Origin: Mayamaea pseudoterrestris
Taxonomy: Eukaryota
Direction: 5' to 3'
DNA: 43,779 bases
Assembly: GCA_027923505.1 (NCBI GenBank)
Contig: BROI01000003.1
Coordinates: 1,550,001-1,593,779, forward strand
The position numbers were made by a program, and so were the translations under genes. This document shows positions 21,942-33,032 of the stretch, in pieces. The notes under the pieces are model-generated. The model worked only from the letters and a program-made list of their open reading frames with translations, did not search any database and had not been told where the DNA came from. Each line of letters opens with the position of its first letter. Position 1 is the stretch's first letter.

Positions 21942-23186
21942 TTATAGTATGTGCGACCCAACTTTGGAGACGCCCTCCGCTTTTAAAAACTCTTCGCGTA
22001 GACTATAAATGTATTGCATCACTTCGATTTCCAATGGTGTCATCGTCAATGTATTGAAAAAGTCAACGTGCAGGACGACGCGCTCCTCCGTCGGATGCTC
22101 ATTCATAGTCTCGTGCTCAAACGTGGTATCATAGAGTAAACATTCGCCTTGTTTCCAGTGTCGTCTCTCTGCGCCAACTCGGATCCAAGCCGCATTGTCG
22201 GGAGGAATTTTTATACCCATTTGCGTCGTCAACCACATGTTGTTGCCATCCGTGTGCATGGGAATGCCTGATTTTGGCTGCTGCCGATTAAATCCAGCAA
22301 TTCTACCCGCCAGCGGCATTGTCTGTAGTAGCCGAGTTGTTGTCGGGCAAAGGTGATACGGAAAGTCAGGTATCTTGTGGCCGTTGTAGAACAAAACTAG
22401 CGTCTTCCAGCCGGCGTCGTAGTTCATGCTGGTGACTGACTGAAAGCGATCTTTGCCGCCTTGTACAATGTCAGCCATGAGAGCCTCATACTCGGAAAGT
22501 ATAGCTTTATAGTTGTTTGAAAGCTCACGGCAGAAGTTTAGCTGATTGGGGTCGAGAAAAGGCGATGGCGGTCCCAGCCCAGGCATATACGCATGTAGCT
22601 CCGAGGTTGGTCTGAACGGATCGGTGATTTCATCCTCGATAGCAAGATCTGGGTTAACAACATGCTTCAAAAATCCTGCTACTCGTTTGAAGTCTTCATC
22701 TGCATGATTTGGGAATCGCGACATGATGAGAGAAGGAATTAAGCTCCAAAACGGATCAGCGTCGGGAGTCCCAGCGTGTGGACTTTCAAGAACAGCTTGA
22801 CCAAGAGCTGTTTGCGATGCCCTGGCCGTCAATTGGTCGATCAGATCTTCTTGTTCTGATCTCTTATAGGAACTCCCAACGACACTCTTCTTGTTCTTGA
22901 GTGGGTTTTCAGTGTCGTCAAGGAAATCTTTCAGAGAACGGTGTTTCTTCTTCTTGATTTTGTTCGCAGCCGAAGATGATCCAAACCCCTTTGATGATTG
23001 GAAAATGGCATGCTTATTTATGACAGGAGCTCGTGTTGGTATGCGTACTGCTAATTGGAATGCTAGTACATTAGTCATGTCATCAAACATCACGAGTACG
23101 GCGAGAGCGACGAAGGAAACGCTTCTTGCACGCGAAAAGTGCGGCTGGATACAAATGGGTACGCATACATCCTCTCGTAGAATCAT
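21942..23186 (-). CDS. Aspartyl/asparaginyl beta-hydroxylase-domain (2OG-Fe(II)) protein
   Basis: IPMHTD (HxD), WKQGECLLYDTTFEHE..N, ERVVLHVDF. Confidence 0.85.
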   Translation of the reverse strand: MILREDVCVPICIQPHFSRARSVSFVALAVLVMFDDMTNVLAFQLAVRIPTRAPVINKHAIFQSSKGFGSSSAANKIKKKKHRSLKDFLDDTENPLKNKKSVVGSSYKRSEQEDLIDQLTARASQTALGQAVLESPHAGTPDADPFWSLIPSLIMSRFPNHADEDFKRVAGFLKHVVNPDLAIEDEITDPFRPTSELHAYMPGLGPPSPFLDPNQLNFCRELSNNYKAILSEYEALMADIVQGGKDRFQSVTSMNYDAGWKTLVLFYNGHKIPDFPYHLCPTTTRLLQTMPLAGRIAGFNRQQPKSGIPMHTDGNNMWLTTQMGIKIPPDNAAWIRVGAERRHWKQGECLLYDTTFEHETMNEHPTEERVVLHVDFFNTLTMTPLEIEVMQYIYSLREEFLKAEGVSKVGSHIL

Positions 23187-23440
23187 TCTACATGTAGTTG
23201 GGGAGATTTACTGTCAGATTGAAGCTTAGTCTTTCGGGTCGATGATGTGAAACGTTGGATCGCCGCGTCAATCTGAAGGCGAGCTGATGCAATGGATGTC
23301 GCAGTCATAACCGGTACGACGGCACGACTACTGCTTGTTTCGAGATGGACTGCCAAAAGTGTGTACTGATGAGGTATTAACGACCATAAACGGTATGAAC
23401 GCGACATAAACTTCGAGCTTATATCCATCTAGAAACATGA

Positions 23441-24697
23441 TCAATGATTCTCTGTACAATCGTCAACCTTTTCAACCCATGTCAGTGCCTCTTGAAACGA
23501 GTGAATGACAGTATTCAATCGCCAGCTACTGCCAGAGCTGATTCCACACAGCGTGAATATTTCTGGCTTGAACCCGAGGACACCAAACTGACCGAATCCA
23601 AGCCTCCGAAGTGCATGCCATACGCGCTTGACTTCCGCTGTATCTGTAAAGTCCTTAAGGTGGATGCAGCACAGCACCTTTTCAAACGTTTCATTTCGCA
23701 AATGCTTCGCCGGCGCCATTTTGACGCTGCAACCAAGGTTTTCATTGGCCGTATGTATCGCCAAGCGCTCGAAAAATTCGTCCAATCGATTAGACGGAGA
23801 AAAGCGCAAGACCCACTTGCCAAGTGTAAAGTGTTGAGCTTGAGCAATGGCCAGGATTCGCTGTGTAACGCGACGCTTTTCCGCAACATAAATGTTTTGA
23901 TTAACGTGCACCTTGGACTCAAGCTCCTTAAGTAAGTTCTTGATTGGTGTCACGTTGCAGGATATGACAGGATTCGGCGCATATCCTGAACTTTCTGGGT
24001 TGTTATTGTGTACGACGATCCATTGACATGGACGCCAAACCATTGATGGACTAGCAATCGACAGAAAACCGTCCAAAGACTCCTTTTCAGGATTCCAAGC
24101 GAGCTCCTTCTTTGCGTCTAGACGAGCGAGTCGAAATTTGAGAGGGCGAGCCGCAACTAAGCTGTTGGCCCAGTCTAGTTGCGGCTGGTGTTGTTCATTG
24201 CGTGACAACTTTTCGTGCTCGATCGGAACAAAGTCAACCTGCTGCTTAAAACCTTGTCTTTCCGGCGATAATATGTTGTGTAGATTGGCTGCCGGAGACA
24301 TCCATATATATGGTGTGCCCGCATGCATTGTGGATTTCGTCGTCTCATGTGCAATCGACAAGACTAGTTGTTCGTCAACAAGTAAACATCGCCTATGGTT
24401 TGCTTCATATTGATCATTTTCATTGCGAATCGTGCTCTGTCTCTCGTCGTTTGTGTCGGAAGACTTGTTGTTCAATGTGCGCAGCTGTCGTTGCTTCTCG
24501 GCAAACCCCAAACCATGCACCTCCTTCAAGCGGACCAGAATATCGTCTACTCTGCGTCTCTTTTGACTAACCGGCTGCTCCATGGACAGCATAGAAGATT
24601 CGTCTTCCATATTGAAACATATCACTAGCGACTTCATTAGTTTGTTCGTTTCTATTGACGTTTGCTGCTTCCTGCCGAAGTTCGTGCGTCCTTTCAT
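23441..24697 (-). CDS. DUF1917 (BLES03/C11orf68-like, eIF4E-like fold) protein
   Basis: GKWVLRF, LGCSVKMAP, CIHLKDFTD.AEV.RV, GFKPEIFT.CGI. Real start may be ATG 24610. Confidence 0.65.
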   Translation of the reverse strand: MKGRTNFGRKQQTSIETNKLMKSLVICFNMEDESSMLSMEQPVSQKRRRVDDILVRLKEVHGLGFAEKQRQLRTLNNKSSDTNDERQSTIRNENDQYEANHRRCLLVDEQLVLSIAHETTKSTMHAGTPYIWMSPAANLHNILSPERQGFKQQVDFVPIEHEKLSRNEQHQPQLDWANSLVAARPLKFRLARLDAKKELAWNPEKESLDGFLSIASPSMVWRPCQWIVVHNNNPESSGYAPNPVISCNVTPIKNLLKELESKVHVNQNIYVAEKRRVTQRILAIAQAQHFTLGKWVLRFSPSNRLDEFFERLAIHTANENLGCSVKMAPAKHLRNETFEKVLCCIHLKDFTDTAEVKRVWHALRRLGFGQFGVLGFKPEIFTLCGISSGSSWRLNTVIHSFQEALTWVEKVDDCTENH

Positions 24698-25078
24698 CTT
24701 GACACGTTTTTACTGCAACTCTGTCAAATAGTTTAAATTTTTTCAAACGCAAGAGAGCGCGTACATGTATCACCATGTGTTGTGCGATAGCCCATTCGAG
24801 AAAAGCTTATGAGCTTGTTGACATTTGCATTGTTACACACTATTGTAGTCGGCAGTGGTTTTCGCCTCGGCGAGTGGCAAGCTTCACCGTCGTATCGGTA
24901 CTCTTGCGACGTACCGGTAGCAACGGCGCCGCGACAGCGCGCGCTTTTTGCGTTTCTGCCGCATCAAGCAGTCTTCACATTCATCTCATGCACACGTCCC
25001 TTTGACTCTCGAGCCACGGCAGCACTGTAGCCTGCACCGTCCGACTAATAATAGCATACACTTTTAAACACATTATTC

Positions 25079-26084
25079 ATGGGGAATGCTCAACCGATCA
25101 ATCGATCCGGCCAAAAAGCAACGAATCAGGTGAGAGGTTTTGATTCGTTTGACGGTTTGACGACGAGGATCGCGGACAAATCCATGAGACTACTAGAAAG
25201 AACATATCTGCTGCTTGCCATGAACCCAGCTACTCATGGCAGAAATTTTTCTTCTTATTGTTTAGAAACTAGAAAACGCAAGGAAACTTGGCGTACTATC
25301 ACTATCGGAACATGCACTGACTGTAATTCCGAAGCAAGTGTTTGAGCTCACTAATCTTCGCACCATTGACCTCTGCAAGAACAAATTATCACACCTTGGG
25401 CCACTGGGCCAACTAACTGAGCTAAAGTCTGTTAATTTGGACGATAATGAGCTGCACGCCGGATCGCTAGACGGAATTGTTTCCCTGTCTAAATTACAAA
25501 ACCTGTCCGTCGCCAACAACAAACTTGGGCTTGCATCGACGCAGTCGCCCAAGCTCATTCCGGCAGGGTCGGCTTCTTCGCATCACTCAACCTGTGTTGA
25601 GCCATTGGCAGCGCTTCCAACATCGCTCAAAGTCATTAACTTGTCGTCAAATCTTCTCAGCCTAATTCCAAGAGCACTTTGCTCGCCAAGCTTGTCAAAT
25701 CTTGAGCGCATCGACCTATCCTGCAACAGTATAGCAGCAATTCCGATCGAACTGACGCAATTGCCGAATCTCATCGATCTCAATCTTGATAAGAACATGA
25801 TCGAGTCCTTGCCCACCGAGATTGGACGCTTAACCAAGCTCAAGGCCTTGTCGATTCGCGAGAACAAGATTCAAGTCCAGTCGACAAAATTTACGGACAA
25901 GAGTCCACAACCCCTTCCGAAATCTCTGTTTGAGGATACTCTTTTGATTGATTTGAATCTCCATGGAAATAGTATGACGAATACACAATTGAATCAATTT
26001 GAAGGCTTTCAAGTGTTTTTGGATCGGCGGCAAAAGGTCAAGTCAAAGCTTATTTCGAATCTGGATGTCTGCGGTTTGCAATAG
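25079..26084 (+). CDS. LRRC57-like leucine-rich repeat protein, two exons (25079-25129 and 25266-26084)
   Basis: Phase-0 intron GTGAG..TTTAG at 25130-25265 gives MGNAQ..NQ-KLENARKLGVLSL..LTNLRTIDL; LxxLxLxxN repeats; N-terminal MG (possible myristoylation). Confidence 0.85.
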
Positions 26085-26131
26085 AAACTTACGTACTTGT
26101 CACATCTATGTACATTAAGATCTCTATTTAT

Positions 26132-26860
26132 TTAACATCGCCCGCTTGTCAGTAGCGGATTACATACTCCATTGCCGTAATCCGTCGTGGCAGGAATGAC
26201 ACTGCCAGCGACGAGCAAGCTCAAAGATGTGACATTCAGAGATCCAGCGACCACTTTGCTGATAAAGTCATCTGTATTCTGTGCCAGCGCTACATCTATA
26301 TCATTCTCATTTTGATCATCTCCAATGCCGAGTTGGTCGCAGCGCTTCTGCGTAATTTTTTCATATAGCTGCGTCTCTTTCAATGCAAAGTTAGCGCAAG
26401 GAAAATAGCAGCATTGACCTAAAAATGTACTCTAAGAACGGAACGACGCAAACCCTGTTGCAGCAGTCGTCAAGCTGAGGCAAAGAAGGGCCAGGACTCT
26501 CATCATTCAGCTCACTTGTATTGTAACGAACACATTCGCGGGGCGTGGAGGTGGCAGGATCAATGGTTTCACAACGCCTGCAAAGAGGGACACGTATGCG
26601 GTAAGATTGGTGCATACCACTCATTCCCAGTTCATATGTAGAATCAGTTTTTTGGGAGGGCAGAGGTCCACACAGTAACCAGCTACACGGTGCTACAGTG
26701 TGTGGCCTTCAACAACTACCCCCAATAGTCTTGTTCCATGAATTCTGTTCAGGCTATGCTTGGGGACACATATGCGGTGAGATTGGTTCATAACAATCAT
26801 TCCCAGCTCACGTGTAGCATCAGTTGTTTGGGAGGGCAGGCATCCACACAGTACCCTGCT
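26132..26860 (-). pseudogene. Possible 3' remnant of an unidentified gene at the edge of the repeat island
   Basis: Candidate intron 26515-26377 (GTGAG, CTAAC branch site, AAAG) joins track ORFs 26391..26624 and 26132..26383 in frame; the upstream part is duplicated and rearranged. Confidence 0.3.
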
Positions 26861-27127
26861 TTGAAGGCCAGTGTTATTCTTACCGTTTCTACTGTTTGAC
26901 AGTCTTTGTGCACATGGAGAACGCAAAATTCTTTGCATGCTTTGTGAAACCATTGATCCTACCACTTCCCCACCACACAAATGTGTTATGCTGTTTACAT
27001 GCATCACACGGTACGTCATAGATGAGAGAAGCTGTCTTTCGGCTTGAGTCCAACTGGTATTCACTTGTGTCATGATTCCAATCAAATGCCCATACCTTGA
27101 GCCACGTGTATGCCCAAATCAAGCCAG

Positions 27128-27389
27128 AATGGTGCTAACATCCATGGATTGCCTGGCTGGTCCCTTGGTAGACTGCAATGTGATTGGTGAGAAGTTCTCA
27201 CCAGTCTCAGCAAGCAGATGCCATGATTTTCAAATGCCCATACCTTGAGCCATGTGTATGCCCACCCCATGCCCTGGCCACCCACATACCCAAATACCCA
27301 ATGTGTCAGGCAAAACATGTCCAGGGTATGCCATTGACAGGTGCAGAGTCTCAAATGGTGCAAAAAGGACTGCCTGGAGGCTGACATCA
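27128..27389 (+). repeat. Left long inverted-repeat arm of the repeat island (169-type segment fused to 181-type segment)
   Basis: Aligns to the reverse complement of 35821-36099, including AAATGCCCATACCTTGAGCCATGTGTATGCCC. Followed by a 107-bp duplication of the 181-type part (27306 and 27413). Confidence 0.85.
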
Positions 27390-27524
27390 TGGGTACGGCC
27401 TCCACTGTGGAGTCAGGCAAAACCTGTCCAGGGTATGCCATTGACAGGTGCAGAGTCTCAAATGGTGCAAAAAGGACTGCCTGGAGGCTGACACCATGGG
27501 TACGGCCTCCACTGTGGGTATCAT

Positions 27525-28030
27525 GGTGAGGAATGCCAATGCGAAATGAATAGCAGCATCCGGATACCAAGCAAGGTAGCCATCAATCCATTTCAAACGC
27601 TAAAGATGGCCATACTGCGGCGCAACTCAAAAATGACTCACAGTGAAAGTTGTAACGAAACAAGCTAATTGCCCACTGAAGTGCCTTAATCACCAACTGG
27701 TACATCCAAATACCCTTCACATCCAACTCATCAGTCATATCAAGCTCAGAAGGGTCAGAATTGTCCATGGGTGACATCCTCAGCTTGGCCTTCTTACCAA
27801 ACATCATTTCATAGTTCGTGAGCAGCCGGCCGATATAAGTCTTGGCTGGCGCCCATGCACAGCATTCCATCAAGATTGCGGAAGAAGTGTGCACTCAAAA
27901 GGTAGGAAATCAGACCAACACCTTTCAATTTGTAGTTGTACTTGGACTTGAGCTCATCCATGAAGGCTTTAGGATCCTTCATAGCCATTGCCAAATCACC
28001 ACAAAGACACAGACGTACTCATAATGCATC
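27525..28030 (-). mobile_element. Degenerate Ty1/copia (CoDi-like) reverse transcriptase fragment
   Basis: Frameshifted peptides YEYVCVFV../LAMAMKDPKAFMDELKSKYNYKLKGVG, KTYIGRLL..MFG, ALQWAISL, GYL..YPDAAI.F; YVDD motif destroyed. Confidence 0.85.
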
Positions 28031-28050
28031 GAGCAGCCTTCACTAAATAT

Positions 28051-28697
28051 CTGTCACCCATGTCACAGGAAGACTGTGAGTATCTCAACAAGGTCATGCG
28101 AGAAGGCATCATTGACGAGAACCAAGGCAAGACCATTCTTCTGGGTTCTCAGGTCTTACAACATCTTCTCAGCACATCTTCTCAGCAAATCTTCTCAGCA
28201 CATCTTCTCAGCACATCTTCTCAGCACATCTTCTCAGCACATCTTCTCAGCACATCTTCTCAGCACATCTGCTCAGCACATCTTCTCAGCACATCTTCTC
28301 AGCACATCATCTCATGCGTGAAAGTGAATGGCAAATCTTCATGGCGGAGCAGCGGTGCCTGCCTAAAGACCTGTTTGCTGATGCCACTGCCTCATATTAT
28401 GATGTCTTCTGCTCCAAGCAAATTGTGGCAGCCTGCCCGCAACCGCATACCTGTCGCCCATGTCACAGGAAGACCGTGAGTTTCTCAACAAGGTCATGCA
28501 AGAAGGCATATTGATGAGAACCAACGCAAGACCATTCTTCTGGGTTCTCAGCTCTTACAACATCTTCTCAGCACATCTTCTCAGCACATCTTCTCAGCAC
28601 ATCTTCTCAGCACATCTTCTCAGCACATCTTCTCAGCACATCTTCTCAGCACATCTTCTCAGCACATCTTCTCAACACATCTTCTCAGCACATCTTT
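28051..28697. repeat. 400-bp-period direct duplication, each copy ending in a (CACATCTTCTCAG)n 13-bp minisatellite
   Basis: Shared ~110-bp leader at 28051 and 28451; about 12 units at 28161-28314 and about 10.5 units at 28560-28697. Confidence 0.95.
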
Positions 28698-29690
28698 CAA
28701 TGCAGTTTTTCTCATGGGTTCGCCACTGCAGTTGAAACACAGTGCCCTGGACAATCACCCGCCGGAATGGTATGATGATGACCATTGCAGCCGGGCAGAT
28801 AGGCTACCAGGGACCGCCAAGACATTGTTCAGTGAGCAACACTTGGGAAAGAGTGATAGTGAATCCATGAAAGATGTGGGCTCCAAACGGCCTCCTACCT
28901 GTAGCCCACCGTTGACGCCCCGCGCATGAAGCTGCCCCTGTGACAAACTGTTGAGGCGCAGCAAACAGTTACCTCAGGCCTCTGCTTGCCTTTCGAGCAA
29001 CCAATGACCCTAATGCACATCTACATGAATGACCAACATGGAATTCAAAAATATGGCAAGACGCTAGTTCCTGCGGCCAGCGATATTGAGGACACGCACA
29101 TTTTTGCCCCCGAGCAATACATCAAAGGATCCATGCTCAACTCGGTAGCACAGCTCGCTCACTTGGGAGCGTTTGGCATACCACCGGTTGTGCAAATGGG
29201 CCCACCAGCCGTCAATGATGAGGCTCTAGTCTTTCCAGATTATTTGATGTTTCTTCCCGGGCTAGTGAGTCCTCCATTCAAAGAATTATCCGGCTGACAT
29301 TAACCAAGCAGGCAATTTCATTCAGACAGAATATGAGGCTACACAACGGTCATCCTTCACTACATATTTCCACCCACTTCTGGAGAGTGACACATTTTAC
29401 TCACGTCCAGAAACTCTAAGGGCTCTGCAATCTGGTGTCGTGTTGGCAGGCACAGCCTTTCAAGCACCATCATCTGGGATCAGCGCAGGGATCACTCCAT
29501 ACCATTTCATTCCCACAATTCTTGGCAACACCTTTTGGCTACCGGCAGACGGTTTTTTGTGTTTACTACAGATAGTTCAATTAATTAAGAATATGGGCTG
29601 GTGGCTACACATTGTCTTTCATTTCCCTAGCCACTTCCGAAACCTGCAGCAGCTAAATGACAAGCTGTCACCGTTCCTGGTCGCCGCTCC

Positions 29691-31614
29691 ATGGTAAGCT
29701 TGGTTGGTGTCTCACTGGATGGCAATGTATTTGGTGACAACTTGTCACCAGTGTCCGCCCGCAGATGCCATGACATTCAAACACACCTACGGCAGTGTAA
29801 TTAGTGCCAACACCCTTATTCAGACTGTGCTACAAGATGGTCAGCTTGGCAGGTGTCTCAGGGGATGGCAATGTATTTGGTGACAACTTGTCACCAGTCT
29901 CAGCCCGCAGATGCCATGACATTCAAACCCCCCTACAGCAGGCCCTGTAGGTGCCCAAAATACGCCAGAATGGTGCCAACATCATTATTCAGGCTGCGCT
30001 ACAAGATGGTAAGCTTGGCTGGTGTCTCAGGGGATGGCAATGTATTTGGTGACAACTTGTCACCAGTCTCAGCCAGCAGATGCCGTGACATTCAAACGCC
30101 CCTACAGCAGGCCCTGTAGGTGCCCAAATTACACCAGAATAGTGCCAACGTGCCAACACCCTTATTCAGACTGTGCTACAAGATGGTCAGCTTGGCAGGT
30201 GTCTCAGGGGATGGCAATGTATTTGGTGACAACTTGTCACCAGTCTCAGCCCGCAGATGCCATGACATTCAAACCCCCCTACAGCAGGCCCTGTAGGTGC
30301 CCAAAATACGCCAGAATGGTGCCAACATCATTATTCAGGCTGCGCTACAAGATGGTAAGCTTGGCTGGTGTCTCAGGGGATGGCAATGTATTTGGTGACA
30401 ACTTGTCACCAGTCTCAGCCAGCAGATGCCGTGACATTCAAACGCCCCTACAGCAGGCCCTGTAGGTGCCCAAATTACACCAGAATAGTGCCAACATCCT
30501 TATGCAGGCTGCGCTACAAGATGGTAAGCTTGGCAGGTGTCTCAGGGGATGGCATTGTATTTGGTGACAACTTGTCACCAGTCTCAGCCCGCAGATGCCG
30601 TGACATTCAACCCCCCCCTACAGCAGGCCCTGTAGGTGCCGAAAATACACCAGAATAGTGCCAACATCCTTATTCTGACTGCGCTATAAGATGGTATGCC
30701 TGGCTGGTGTCTCAAGGGATGGCAATGTATTTGGTGACAACTTGTCACCAGTCTCAGCCCGCAGATGCTGTGACATTCAAACCCCCCTACAGCAGGCCCT
30801 GTATGTGCCCAAAATACACCAGAAGAGTGCCAACATCCTTATTCAGGCTGCGCTACAAGATGGTAAGCTTGGCTGGTGTCTCAAGGGATGGCAATGTATT
30901 TGGCGACAACTTGTCACCAGTCTCAGCCCGCAGATGCTGTGACATTCAAACCCCCCTACAGCAGGCCCTGTAGGGGCCCAAACTACACCAGAATGGTGCC
31001 AACATCATTATCCAGGCTGCACTACAAGATGGTAGGCTTGGCGGTTGTCTCAGAAGACTGCAATGTATTTGGTGACAACTTGTCACCAGTCTCCGCCTGC
31101 AGATGCCATGACATCCAAACACACCTACAGCAGGCCCTGTAGGTGCCCAAATTACACCAGAAATGGTGCCCACATCATTGTTGAGGCTTTGCAACAAGAT
31201 GGTAAGCTTGGTTGGTGTCTCAGGGGATGGCAATGTATTTGGTGACAACTTGTCACCAGTCTCGGCCCGCAGATGCCATGACATCCAGATACACCTACAG
31301 CAGGCCCTGTAGGTGCCCAAAATACACCAGAATGGTGCCCACATCTTTGTTGAGGCTGCGCTACAAGATGGTAAGCTTGGCTGGTGTCTCAGGGGATGGA
31401 AATGTATTTGGTGACAATTTGTCACCAGTCTCCGCCCGCAGATGCCATGACATTCAAACACACCTACAGCAGGCCCTGTAGGTGCCCAGATTACATCAGA
31501 ATAGTGCCAACATCTCTTTTGAGGCTGCGCTACAAGATGGTATGCCTGGCTGGTGTCTCAGGGGTTGGCATTGTATTTGGTGACAACTTGTCACCAGTCC
31601 CGGCCCGCAGATGC
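29691..31614. repeat. 169-bp satellite, array 1 (about 12 units)
   Basis: TGGTGACAACTTGTCACCA (or one-mismatch variants) recurs at 29732, 29878, 30047, 30224, 30393, 30562, 30732, 30901, 31070, 31240, 31409, 31578. Confidence 0.97.
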
Positions 31615-33032
31615 TCCGGCTCAGGGCGGATGCTTCGAGGAGACTGCCTTGGGGACACTCATAAGATACCCTTATGAGTACACTGTGATCGATAGTCACG
31701 TCATCAGTGGTGCGGGGAGAGAAGAATGGGAACAGCTACTGACAACGGGCAGACCACATGCCGATGTTGATCGGGTCAAGGGGGATAAATTTACAGGGTG
31801 TGCAACGTCACAATTTCGGCCAACCCTATGTAGCGACCTTTTCACCACGATTTGTTAAATACAAAACAGCTGTTACTATAGAGAATTATACACTATTTTT
31901 CACGCGATGCCCGTGTTGTGCAACAAGGTCGGCTGCCGCCGTTGGCACTGACCCAGCCTTTGGAGTTGGATGGCAGGTTGGTTTGTCGGTGGGCGGTTTT
32001 AGCGGTCGGGTAGCTATCCAACTATTGCCTGCACACCACTGTCGTAGCTAACAGCTTGTGCGGGACCTGTTCGCACGAGACTCTTCGTAGTTCGCAAGAG
32101 ACAGTGGCTGCATGACGCATCCTCAACCTACACTATCAAAGAATATGACCTTGGGACGTAAACGGTTTTATAGAAAGAGTCATAAACTTGATCCCAGATG
32201 CTTCAATGTGCCATCAATGTCTGGCTCCTGCCATGTCGTACGAATAGAAATTGTAACAATAATAATCGTTTTGAAACAATCGGCACATCAGATACCAATA
32301 ATTGAGGAAACACATGCGTAGTAGGCCATGGGAATGGTTGTTATAGTGTGCTTTTGCGTTGTCCGTCAAGGCAATTCTTCCACGTGTGTGGGGTACGATA
32401 CATGACCTCAAAACTAAAAGCTGGCCTATTTTAACTTGACAGTAATGCTTTCACTAGCATATAATGACTGTTTGCAAAGTTATAGATCAAACAAAGGCTT
32501 AAAAAGGTGAATTTGAAGGGATCCTTTTACGTTCTTTATCGCGGTGCTATCGACGGCAGTTCCTCGACTTGTGTAGAATTTTGCAAAAGTCTTAGCGGTA
32601 CAGCGTTTCAATCCGGTACCCAATGGTCGCTACATAGTATTCAAGATCGTCAAACCCTAACAGTTTGTACAGTTAAAATTCACAGTAAAATTGTGGCGCC
32701 AACTTCGATGCACACCCTGTAAATTTATCCCCCTTGGATCGGGTTGCCTCCCGTTCCTTTGGTTAGCTTGCCGACCTTGTTGTCTAGCAAGCTCTCTGTT
32801 GTTTGTCCCACCCACCCACCCGGGTTGTGGTGAATCCTCCTCACAGAATTCGCTCCAGTCATCATTGATGACGTGGTTGTTGCTCCAGGGACCCGGAGTT
32901 TGCACTCCAAGTCCACATAGCAAATGCAACCACAGGACATCGCTGCCGACTTTGGGCAGCTGGCCGGGCGCAGCCAGGCACACGGAAGGAAACCGCCGAG
33001 CGACGGAGGGCAATCTGCACTTGTGCTGATTG
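31615..33032. mobile_element. 1418-bp insertion splitting one satellite monomer (450 bp of unclassified sequence plus nested MITE)
   Basis: Flanks CGCAGATGC | CATGACATCC rejoin to the intact monomer seen at about 35611-35640. Confidence 0.8.
31777..32736. mobile_element. Non-autonomous hAT-like DNA transposon (MITE), 960 bp
   Basis: Perfect 28-bp TIR CAAGGGGGATAAATTTACAGGGTGTGCA; perfect 8-bp TSD GATCGGGT at 31769-31776 and 32737-32744; no transposase ORF. Confidence 0.92.

Noticed and set aside
28161..28697. Interstitial telomere repeat or coding repeat
   Set aside because: The 13-mer does not resemble TTAGGG-type repeats, and the period is not a multiple of 3.
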